Positions 37,310 to 49,006 of a DNA stretch of 64,000 nt are shown here, piece by piece. The DNA lies in NCBI GenBank assembly GCA_050575255.1, contig JBNZDD010013634.1:1882494-1946493 (forward strand), read 5' to 3'. Numbering within the stretch: position 1 is the stretch's first letter; each line of letters opens with the position of its first letter. Position numbers and translations under genes: made by a program. The DNA comes from Harriotta raleighana (taxonomy: Eukaryota). Under the pieces are notes generated by a model, which saw only the letters and a list, made by a program, of their open reading frames with translations, was not told the DNA's origin and searched no databases.

Positions 37310-38525
37310 GAGTCTTCCAGCTTCGCTCTTTCCTCTCCCCTCACTCCCTCCACAAACCCCTCCAATTGGGCTTCCATGCTGCCCACAGCACGAAAACTGC
37401 TCTGGTCAAGGTCACAAAGGGATATCCTGACCATCTGTGACCAGGACTCCCTCTGCCTCCTTATCCTCCTCAACCTGTCTGCTGCCTTTGACACCATAGA
37501 CCATTCAATCCTCTGCCTCCTTATCCTCCCCAACCTCTCTGCTGCCTTTGACACCATAGACCATTCAATCCTCCTCCACCAGCTCTCCTTCCATCTCAAT
37601 CTTCATGGTTCTGTCCTTGATTGGTTCAGGTCATATCTTTCAAATCGTCTCCACTTCGTCTCTGCCAAGCTCAACATCAGCAAGTACAAGTCTCTCCTGA
37701 TTGGCTTGCATCAGCATCTCCTCACTTCGGGCACTGGCAGCATCAGCATCCACGGCTGCACACTCCATCTCATGAAGCCAGTCAGGAACCTGGGTGTCTT
37801 ATTTGACTCTGAACTGTCCTTCCTCCCCCAAATCCGTGCCATGACCAGCATTGCCTTTCACCACCTCCAGAACATTGCCAGACACCACCACTGCTTCACC
37901 GCTCAAGCTGCTGAAATTCACCCTCACCCATGCATTCATCACATCAAGGCTTGTCTACGGAAACTCCCTCCTCATCATTCTTCCCAACTCTTCCATTCAT
38001 AAGCTGCAGATCATCCAAAACTCTGCAGCCAGCTCATGTCCTCTCCTGCACTAGGCTCCACGACCCATCACTCTCACTCTTGCCTAGTTCCATTGGCTCC
38101 CTATCCGCCAGAGGATCGAATTCAAGATCCTCATCCTCGCTTTCAAGGGCATCCTTGGTCTTATCCACTCCCGTTTCTCTGACCTGCTGACTCCCTAACA
38201 ACCTGCCTGGTCCCTCCGTTCAGCGGGCTCTGGTCCGCTCCATGTTTCCCGCCTAATCTGCCCTACCAACAGTGGCTGGGCTTTCAGCTTCTCTGCCCCC
38301 ACACTCTGGAACTCAATCCCACAGTCCCTCCGCCTCGCTTCCTCTCTTGCCTCCTTCAAGGCAGGTCTCAAGACCCTCCTTTTTGACCGTGCCTTCAGCT
38401 GCCCTCCTACCTCTCTGTCTCGCCTCACCCCTAACCCACCTCTTTCCCATGTTGGAGTCCCGACCGCTGATTGTTCATTGCCTTGGGAAAGCCTCTCAAC
38501 GTGAAAGATGCTCTATAAATATAAT
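37310..38525 (+). mobile_element. L2 (CR1/L2 clade) LINE: 5'-truncated, frameshifted reverse transcriptase remnant with 3' tail
   Basis: GF..HSTKTALVKVT, LLNLSAAFDTIDHSILL, VLDWFRSYLSNR, VRNLGVLFDSELSF, HAFITSRL.Y.NSLL, LQIIQNSAA, LWNS; tail GTGAAAGATGCTCTATAAAT. Confidence 0.9.
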
Positions 38526-38942
38526 ATGATTGTGCCTATATGATGAATTCAGGGCTTGAATCTACAACTTTCTCACACAGTGGTGAGAGTGCTAACGCTT
38601 GAGCCAAGCCTCTGAGTCAAGTGTGGGAAATCAATGGTAGTAACAAACTGGAAGACAAGTTTCCAGCGATAACAAATGGATGCCTTCAACAATATTATTC
38701 TTTTGCAAACATCTAATTCCATTTTGAAAGAGATCATGGATTTTAAACCTGATCATATGTCATCCCAATGGCTGTGCCATGTTACACGTTGCTTCCAAAA
38801 TGGATTATGAGAAGGCTATATTGCCATTTCAGGATTTACTGTTGTCTATTATACTTCAACCCTGGCAATAGCATCATAAAATATAACATCTCTTAAAAAT
38901 CATTGTTCTTTATTTCTTCATAGCATCAACTTCAACATCAAC

Positions 38943-39312
38943 CTGGCTCAGTTGCTCTCACCTCCGAGTCAGAAAGTTGTGTGTTCTCGCCCACGTAAGG
39001 ACGTTGAGTTCATATCTAACCCGGAATTGTCAAGAGGTGCCATCCTGTGGATGAGATGTTAAAGCAATGTCTTGTCTGCCAATTGAGGTGAACATTAAAG
39101 ATACTATTCAGAAAGTGGAGGAAGTTTCTCCTGATATCCTGGCCAACAATGCCCCAGATAAAATTGGTAATTCATTTTATGGCTATCTGAGGGACATTGC
39201 TGGGAGAAAATAGGCTGCAAGTTTGCCCACAAATGCTGCGGGCACTTCACCGAAACATTGCAAAGTGCTTTGAGACATTATAGGCACTTTATCAAATTCA
39301 AGATTTACTATT
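38943..39312 (+). mobile_element. Deu-domain SINE (SacSINE1/AmnSINE1/LF-SINE superfamily-like)
   Basis: tRNA-like head TGGCTCAGT, Deu-like core GGTGCCATCCTGTGGATGAGATGTTAAA...AGGTGAACATTAAAGAT...TCCTGGCCAA, and an L2-type tail. Confidence 0.6.
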
Positions 39313-41544
39313 ACTACTTTATTTTAACCAAGGCAAAGATTACTTATGACCACAGGTGGCTTTTCAAAAAAAAAACTGTGCAGTTTTACCAATGAGTAAT
39401 ACAAATATCACTATTCATTGATCCAAATGACTGAACATTAACTACGAACAAAGGCAGTGTGGCGAGTAAATGGCTCGCCATGTTGTTGCGGAGGTCAAAC
39501 ACAAGTTAACGGCTTATTGTCATTTTCTTTGCACATTTATAAGAAGCAAAGTTGTCTTAAAGCATTCCAGCACTGTGCTTTTGTAAACAGGCTCTCTCCG
39601 ATTTGTTTGTGTTTTGCAACTTTACAGGCTCGGTGCGGGGTTCACACCAATCGCCACTGGGTATTCATAAAGCAGATACAAACAATCTTTTTTGCAGATA
39701 CTTTGCATATGAAGCAGCTCTTGTTCTGCTTTGTTTGTCTACCCAAAGGTCCCTTCAGCTGAAACGCACAACAGTGTTTCTGGCACCAGTGCAAAAACGT
39801 CCGTTATCGTAATAAAGTGTTCCCTTTAGCACTGGGACACCATCGAACTGGCTCCCAGCCTCACTAAAATCTAGTGACAATTTTTTTGGGAGCCACAGAC
39901 TTCTTTTTGTTTAGATTCCAAATGTATTGCTCCATAACCTCTGCTAATTACTGCCTTGACTGGAAGCAGAAATTCCCACTCAGCAACTGTTAATCCTGCA
40001 AGACAAAGCCCCGATGGGCAGTGAAGTGGAAACACTGCTCTCAAAGACCTGCTATGCACTTTTAGCTGGTTAAACTTCAGCAGTAGCTCACTGTGCTTTC
40101 TGGAGCCTTGGCTCCTTGCACCCTAATACTCGCTGGAATTAGATGAGGTTGCAACCCTCCATGGAGAGCGCGTACAAACACTGCATTCCAGATACAGGGA
40201 AATTTGCACGTATACGGGTGGTAAACACATGTGCAACTATTTGGATACTCTACAGGGAGATGGGTTTCCACATGTGTGAAGACACCAGGCTGACAACGAT
40301 AAAAGTGCAATGAATAATGCGCAAAAACCACACTGAACGATTAGGGAGTCAAAGTACCCAGTGACCAGCCCATGTAACCATTTTTCACATGTGAGTCACC
40401 CCAGTGGTTGTCAGCAGCCTATTCAATCATGGAGGGATCACGGCTAAGCATGATCCTGTGCTCAGATATCCCCACACACACATGTCTCTCTGAATAAAGA
40501 CCTGGATCAGAAACCCTGGCTCATTCCAATTTCCTTAACCGAAGACTCCTTCAATTCAGTGATATCCTAACTGGCCTTATCCTGACTGAGACCAGCTAAC
40601 CTAACACAGAGTAAGGATGGAATGTGGAATTTTCCCGGGTCTGGGATGTGGATCAGCGTTACTTAGCAGTTAACTATTCCTCCTATCAGCAAGCACGTAT
40701 AGTAAACACATCTGCTTGTGTTAAAATGTACTGCCAGCAGTTGAAGGGTTAAAGTAGCACTTTTGCCTTGGCTCTGCTGAATTCTCACCAGGTCGTCCAG
40801 CTCACTTGGCTGTGGCTGTTCATATTATGCAGCTGAGTTTTTATATACTCAGAACTATGTAGTGGGTCTGCTTGTTTCAGGAGATCTGGAAGGCACAGAA
40901 CTGAATGCTGGCTGGCCTGCACATTCCTGCTACCATCTCCTTTAACCCTCTGAGGGCTCACACTGCACCACTATGTTGTACGTTATTTCAGAAAATTCAG
41001 AATTTAGTATAAATTGGGGCCATCCAGGGATTTTTTATTTTCATGCAGTTGGGTCATGATTCCGGACTTAAAGCAAGTAGTTGTGTGTCCTTGTGCAAAT
41101 TATAATTGCGGACTGTAATTATAATTCCCTTATGCGAATTATACACTATCATAGCTGGTTTTGTCTCCTGGTTCTTCTCTCCCTCCGCTCTGATACCTTT
41201 CTCAGACTTGCTGTTGGGGAATGGTATGAGTTACAGCTTTTCTCTCCTGATATCCACAACATCCAGCAGCGATCAGAAGCAGGAACCCTTTTCCCCCCAC
41301 CCCAAATTTTCCTGCAAACTCCACAGCTGCCCATTCCCTGCAAAAAATCACAACACCCCACTCCATCCACTCCTGGGAATGGGAATTCTTCCCACTCAGC
41401 TCCTGTTAATCCTGCAAGACAAAGCCCCCATGGGCAGGGTGGTCCAAACAGTACTCTCAATAGCCTGCTATTCGCTTTTAGCTGGTTAAACTCCAACAGT
41501 TCCTCAATGTGCTCTCTGGAACATCCGGTCCTCCATTGTTATCT

Positions 41545-41850
41545 TTCCCATCGTGTCCCAATGCAAATTGCTCTTCAAAATGTCCGCTCGCTCTCAAATC
41601 AAGCTCTCATCATTCACAATCCCATCAAAGCTCAACCTCCTCGGACTCACTGAAATCTGCTGTCCCCTAATCATCTCCTCCTCCACATTGCAGCCTACCC
41701 ATCCAGAGATACCTTCCATCATAATCCCTGCACCAAATCACTGCTTTGACGGGTTGACCTCATCTCCCTACCTCTCTCGATCTATCTCCCTACTCAGTTC
41801 CTCCCCTTCCTTCAAGCCACCTTATTCTGTATTATTCTTCTCTTTCAAGA
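41545..41850 (+). mobile_element. Degenerate L2-type ORF2 5' (APE endonuclease) remnant
   Basis: IALQNVRSLSNQALII...LGLTEI resembles the LxNxRSLxNK...LxETW start of LINE endonucleases; C/T-rich composition typical of L2. Confidence 0.45.
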
Positions 41851-42496
41851 TCCTGACATACAAGCTGTATCCAGTGCTAGGTATGGCAGTACCTGCACTA
41901 GAAAATGCAGAGCCCAGTCAATCAGGCGCAGTTTTCACACCTGTGAAATTAAAGTAGTTTATGCTAACCAAATATTAACGTTTCTTGCAGAATTTTCCTG
42001 CTCTTCAAACATCCGAAAATTAAGCTAACATCCGACGAAACCAACATGTTTTTTTTTACGACTGGTGTTTTGATTAGTTAACTTTATGTTTTCCCTGGTA
42101 ACCCATAACTTTAGTGTTTCTTGGCGCAAGATCAGAAGGGAGCCCCAAACACCATCACCAGAGTCCGGCCGGCCCGGAAACACAGTTAGTTTAATGTTTC
42201 ACAAGTAATTCCTGTTGTTCTTTTTCATTAAGATTTTAACTGTGCCTGCTTTGCCTGCCATCAATAAGTTGTGGACAAAAAACTTTTTAAACATTTTAGC
42301 TTGGTTCGGCTGAGGACCACAATAAAAATCCTTGCTTTCTCAGAGTTTTCCATTTCCACCCCTGCATCCCCACCCCCACACCTCCCACCCACTTTTCCCT
42401 GTTGCTTTCAAAATTATACAAACAAACCAAGCCAGAGGTCTTCCTGCAATGGGGGGGCTGAATAAACGTCTGCACTGAGTTAACGTGCGGAATTAC

Positions 42497-42642
42497 CTGG
42501 GGAGGTGTGGTGTACTTCCTGTCCTGAGGAGACCACATCCTGTGCAAAGACTCTAGGGAGTTCTCGGATGACAACTGTGACCTTCTGCCAGGGTAGCGGC
42601 CTTTCAGCTCCACATCTTCATAAGGGTTTTCTTTGGGTGTAT
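42497..42642 (-). CDS. DENND2B: DENND2B exon (DTPKENPYEDVELKG...SLHRMWSPQDRKYTTPPQ)
   Basis: AG/GT boundaries, 146 nt, phase 1-0. Confidence 0.95.
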
Positions 42643-45600
42643 CTGTGAAGCAGGGCAGGGGGGAAAAAACAACAGGCTGAACTGATTCAACAGAGTCATG
42701 TGAATCTAAAAATATTTCCTCGTTTGGCAGCACAAGACACACTGCTGTTTGCTGTTGTTTTTTTTAATCACTTCTGCCTTGTTCGGTGTCGCTTGAGTTC
42801 TTTTCTCTTTTTGCCCGTGTTTTGTCTGGTGCTTTGCAAAGAATGAAGTGTCATTTAAGACCGGGGCTGCTCTCTTTTAAGCCAGCCTCTTCCCGAAGTT
42901 GCATACAATAGCCGACAAAGTCAGGCAGCTCTGGCGTCATCAGCCAGGATGTGACTTCACTCCATTCCACATGGTTGTTCAAGGATTGGTTTGTGCAATG
43001 AGTTTGGTGACTCATTCTCCAAACCTTAAGATTGGACAATGTACACAACTCTACTCAACTATTCACACACATACTCTTCCATTACTCTTAAGATTCCCCC
43101 TCCCCACTCCAAAAGAAAGGTTTTACCTTTAAGAAGCATAGTTCCATGCGTTTTAGTGTCTCTACTATTGTTTCAATTAGTGGGTCAGACAAACAGTTGC
43201 CGTGGAATGTTTCCGCTGGCAGTGGGAGAGGAGAGTATCAGCTCAAGGCCAAAACATCTCGAGAGCCTCTCAGAATGAGAATTCACACATTAAGACAGTG
43301 TTTTCTGTTTCATAAAAGTAGCAAACCTTCAATCCTCCACAAAGCAGTGTTCTCAACAATGTACGAGCAACAGAAGCTTAGAAAGCATGTTGGTGCCTGT
43401 GATTTTTACAGGAAGCAAACTCATTTGGAACACTACAAGTTTCAACCTGGACAGTATGAATTGGATCCGTCCCTCCTCTCCTCTTTCAGATTAATTTTAA
43501 GAACCCAAGCTCCATTGACGATTCACTTGCTAAAGTCACTGCCAAGTATGGAACCTGAAAGTCCACACCAGGAAGGTCCTAGGTTTAATTTCTGAAGCAC
43601 ACAGTGTTAGCTCATCTCAACTAAGTGGTGGTAGGAGCTGTTAAAAGTGATCTCTGTGTTTCTGAACTAGGGAAGAGCAAAGTCAGTCAGGATTTCCAGC
43701 TGTCAATGGCTGCTGGTGACTGGTATGAGCATGTTGTTGGGTGTGAATTGTTTTGGGTTGGGCTCAGGTGCTTCCTATGGTAGAACAGTCTGTTGACACT
43801 TACTGTCCAGGTTCACAGACACTACAAAGATCACACTGTACAATGAATGGGATGAAGAGACCAACACTTAAGCACTCCCATTCACCTGAGGTTTCCACAC
43901 AACGATGCACCCCAAGGGCAATGGTAGATATTGCTTGGCGATCTCTATCTGGTTGTCTCCAGCTTTAATTCGTCACACAATAACTGAGCAGATCTGCTCC
44001 TCATACTGCTTGCTTATCGTTTGGTTTAATGTGGGTAAAATAAAAAAAAGCTAAAAAGCGAATCTCTGAGTTACGTTAAACCAAAGCTAGAAATATTTGG
44101 GTCAGCTGGAAGCAGGTCAAGAAACATGTCAAGCAATGCAATATAAATCCGAACCAGAGCTGTAACATTTCTCAGACTCCAGTCAGAGTGGCTGAATAAA
44201 ACACACATGTGGTTTCTGGCATCTGAGAGCAGAATAGGCTCAACCGCATCAACTCAGCTTTCTACAGGAGGCTGACATTGTTAACCGATTGCCTTCCAAA
44301 CCAAGCAAATTAATACCCTTCGAGCCCAAAGAAAGACTTAAGACACAAACGAGCCAACGTTCAACTGGATTCCCACAGTAAATCGGTGCAAATGGGTTCT
44401 GTTTTGCAAGATTTCTCAAACAGAAATGCTTAGCTATCAAATATCTGAATTGGGAGCGTGGAAGAACACAATTGATATTTCAGAAATTCAATAATAATAC
44501 ATTCCTTATTGACAAATACCGCAAATTAGACCCAAATATCGTTGTTTGACGGTTCTAACATGGTTGCAAGTGGTTTGGCAAAAGGCTCCTTTAGACTCTA
44601 GAGCCAATATTCAATCTCCCTTGGGACTATGAGGGTTTAAGGCATGGTACTTCTTAGTGGCACTAATGACAATGGCAGAAGCCAATGTAATAAGATAAAT
44701 ACTTGCAATTTATGAGAAAGTGCTTGATACATTGAATTACTTTCAAGGGCAATGAATGTTAAGTAAAGGCAGCAGCCAATTTGGACAACAATTGGGTCTA
44801 ATTTGCAACCGTTGGAAAAGGATTTGTAACTAGTGAACCCTTTTAGTCCTGAGATGAGTTGGCAATCGATCACATTACAATCTTCCTTTTGTATGGAGAT
44901 CATTACCCATTCACAAGGTGATGATGGGTTAACAATTCAACACACCTGCATAAAACATCAGTTGCACTAGTTACAAATCGCTATGTGACTCTTGCAAATT
45001 AAACCCCTTTATCCCACATAATGCAACGTTAATCTGATTTGTTCAGGTGAATTTTCGTGACAAAGGAATATTGGCCTGCACACACCTTTTCGACTTTTCC
45101 ATGGATAGTTTTAAATAGAGCAGATCTGACAAAACAGACGAAACCTAAGTTGAGCTTCTGATCTGAAAGTCAGCACCTCTGACAATGCACTGATTGCACC
45201 CTCAATCCTAAACCATGCGTCACTTGGCAAAATGCTATCTGGGGGATGAATTTGACTTTCACATATGCCAAGCACTGTTCAGTGCCACAACATGTGGTGG
45301 TACATTTCATTCTATTTAAACACTCTGTCCCTTGTAGTCGTGTTACTATACAAAATGGGATTTAACTGTAGTTTTTGGCTCACGAGTATTGTTTGTTTGA
45401 GAGACGGGATGGTGCAGAGTGACAGATGAATCCTTTCCAAATTTTATTCCGCTCTTCTTCTCCCAATGGGACTGAGTAATGCAGACAAATTGTTTCCATG
45501 GCTTTCAGTCACCCTCCGGCATCTCACCCAAGTGGTCATCCTGAATATGAATGTCTAACCCTAAACAGTGTCAGTGGACTGTTGAGTCCAGCTGAGCAAA

Positions 45601-46634
45601 ACCCTCTCTTGACATGCCCATGATGCAACATGAGACATTGTACAATGATCAGGATCCTTATTTTCCCTCTCTGTGCACAAAAGCATTTGAGCTCAGTTGC
45701 AACACACACTATTACATGCCTGGCTGGGATAATAATCCTTGCACTTAATCATTTCAGCTAATTCATCACAGACCAAAGTGAGAACCTGGGAATGTCCACA
45801 TCTACTGACTCTGTGCCATACAAGGCAGTACATTTACAAACAGAATCATTGGCTGAGATCTCACAAGAAGGTTTAATAAAAAAAGGAAAAGCAGAACCAT
45901 CAACAACAACCAATTGCATTTGTATAACCCCTTTCATGTCGGGAGGACATCCCAAGGCAATGTTAGCACTAATACAAAACAATATATTTCATTCCCTCCA
46001 AACGAAGGGCACATGCAATTTCCAGTACAGTGTGACTGGCCTCCTAAATGTCCCATTTTTAGGGTTGCTTTTGGACAACCTGGATCATGGGGAGAATCCT
46101 AATTCTTCAATCAAAGTCCAGTACTGATAACTGATTGAGATTTATTCATGAATTTCAAATGTATGATGTGAAATGGCTCCTGAATATATCAGACAAGAAG
46201 TCTGGGATGACATAAACCCAATGGGCGTCTCTGAATGCATCAGTTTTTGAAGCACAATGCACTGAGTCCCATCTAATATTATTATTGACAGCATTGTGAA
46301 CAGCACAAATAAAGTGTAGGTAAGTTCAATCCTTCAAAGATAACCAGAAGGTTATTAATATTTTGGGAAAACTGACTGGCTGTAACAAGTATTTTTAATA
46401 ACATTATTATTAACATGTATAATTTGTGCAAAAAGCAATTTTTTTTTTACAGATGGATTGCTAAATGCCACTGATTGTGGCCTCCCAGAATGCAGTAATG
46501 TGATGGGAGAGCAATGTACTGAGCCAGTTTCAGTTCTTGTTTCAGCTCTTGTTGTGTCAATAAACAGAATAGCAATTATATTTTGTGATATAAAGGCAAG
46601 TCTGTGGACCGTTGCCTTGACCCTTAGTTCTTAC

Positions 46635-46789
46635 CTATGATGTCTTCGTATGCATTTTCTTCTCCTAAAGTGCTTTTTGAACTGACTCTGCTGTGTGTCT
46701 CCAGAGGAGATGAAGACGTACCATTTTCAGTAGGGGAGGAGGGTTGAGAAGACCGAAGGCTGATTGCATCTTCAAACTCCTTAGATTTC
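46635..46789 (-). CDS. DENND2B: DENND2B exon (KSKEFEDAISLRSSQPSSPTENG...STLGEENAYEDII)
   Basis: AG/GT boundaries, 155 nt, phase 2-1; matches ST5 KSFEFEDA...EENAYEDIV; absent from the ORF track. Confidence 0.93.
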
Positions 46790-49006
46790 CTGTCAAAAAC
46801 AGAAGCAGGGAGTGTCAGTGGACATCAGATTGACATTTCAGACTATTCAGTCTTTAGAGCATGAGTACATTATGAGGAATAGTTTTGCTCAGACTGACTG
46901 ATCTCTCACCGCCACACTGCCATATTCTCCCCTAATCCCACTTTTAATTAGTTTTTTCAGAAGGAGAAAGTTGTCTAAAATTGAACCAGTGCAGAGGGAC
47001 GCTGATTGAGCACTTCGCTTATCACTTAGCACTAAATCCCAGGACTGTTCAACCAGGCCACTCATATCACAGATCCTTGATGAACATCCTGCCACATTGT
47101 CGAGAAATGCTCTGCTTGAATCCGGGTTTTTGTGAACCGCAGATAAAAATAACCAACTTGTACATCTCCAGACAAACAACCCACTGATCCCACAGCAGGT
47201 CGTTCACAACCCAGACAGCTGTAAACAACTTGAGAAAAGCCTTCACTTTTTTTTACACAAAACAAATGAGGTGTTTGGCACAAGCTGTAGCCTGTGGGAT
47301 GGCCTCTCATAGGCTTACCTGCCTTTCCTATGGAATTGCTCTTCTCCTGATACTCTCTCTCGGAAGGCAGTGTCTTTCCTCGGGAGTACAGTCCCGTGGA
47401 TGCCAGCATCCCTCCTGTACCTCAACCAAGTCATCATTCTGGCATGTGTAAGCCGAGACAGTGGGTGTGGGCAGAGTGTAAAATGGTGGTGGGTGCCTGG
47501 GAGGGTGGGGGAGGAGTCAGGGAACAGGAAGGAAGAATCACTGAGCCCAATCCTGTTTGCACACACCAACACATTCTCACACATCATCTAGCACCAGATT
47601 GTGATCAGGAAGGGGAACCTTGCCTAAATTTCACCCGGGGACTTAAACCAACTACATTATAATCTATATAGATATATATATATATACAGGATTTAGAGAC
47701 AGTTCAAGCTTCAGTCACAGTCAACTACATCAACCATGCCTCATGTGGAACACAACAACCACACCATAGCTCTCATTGAAAACCCAGCCTGGCCCTGTGA
47801 TGGGTTGACAGTGGGGTCAGTACTCTGTAAGGATCAGATCAAATGGACTGAAGGGCTTCCTTTGCCTGTACTTCCCCACTGAAGAGTCTCAGACACAAAG
47901 CACTACAGCAAACACCTTAATCCTATTAGAAATGCCTGAAATAGTTGAGTGGCAGCTTCATGGTTATATTTCACATTTAGCAGCAGAATATTTATTTCTC
48001 TGCGACAAACCGTAATATAAGTGAGTAAATGGATTGAACAAAATTTATAGATGTCTCAGCCCGTTTTGAAGTTGATTTTAAGATTTCAGTTGCTTTGTGA
48101 AACACTGCTGTGTGCAATTAGCTGCCACGTTTTGCCCACACAATTCACAGTCAATCCACTTTACAAAATATTCTGTAAAACGCTTTGAGACATCTCAACA
48201 ATACGATAATGTGCTATATCAAATGCAAGAATTATTCTAATTATTATTATTATAAATACATTAACACCGAACAGTCAGACTTTATGTTATGGCCTGTATA
48301 GATTAGCTTTGAAATCCAATGGACAAATGTGTCTGTGATTATCAAACATTTACCAAATCGCTCTCAGCGTTTAATCTGTCCGCTGATGATCAGAGCCCAC
48401 AAACCTCAGGATCACAATGCGCAAACATCAGCAGCAAATTTATGCAAATGGCAGCCCCTCAGAATTTGACTGAGCCTCCTTGCTTTGGAATGTAACCAGC
48501 GCTTTAGCAATGTTTATTGATGGTCTAAGGGCTTTAAGCAGCAAATCAGTCATTTTAAACCCAGAGAGGCCTCGGAGGAAGGAATCATATGCACACACAC
48601 AATGACAGTATATCCAGTTATGCGAACAACACATGTATCAGTGTACTATTGTGAGATGTTTTTGATGAATGCCATTGTGCCAGGTATTATCTTGATATGG
48701 GGCACACAAATGTGCATTGGAAAACGTCTGTCACTGTTTGACACTAATGGCTGCATATTTTCACGAGGGAACTGCTACGGTTGTACAGGATCATACAATA
48801 AATGTACAAAGGCAGATTTCACCAAGTATGACAATTCTCTTGTTCTCACATCCAACATGTAACATGAACTGAATAATAAACTTATTGTCAATGTTCATTG
48901 TACAGTATACTAAAGTAATGCCCGTGCTTTGTCCGTCATATTGGGTACATGCAGGGTCTCTCCCAGGATCTCCTTGCTTCCCACAATCAAGCTTTCTGTA
49001 GTGAAC

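Noticed and set aside
37376-38002. 208-aa ORF as a functional reverse transcriptase gene
   Set aside because: Truncated, frameshifted L2 remnant lacking the catalytic YADD region.
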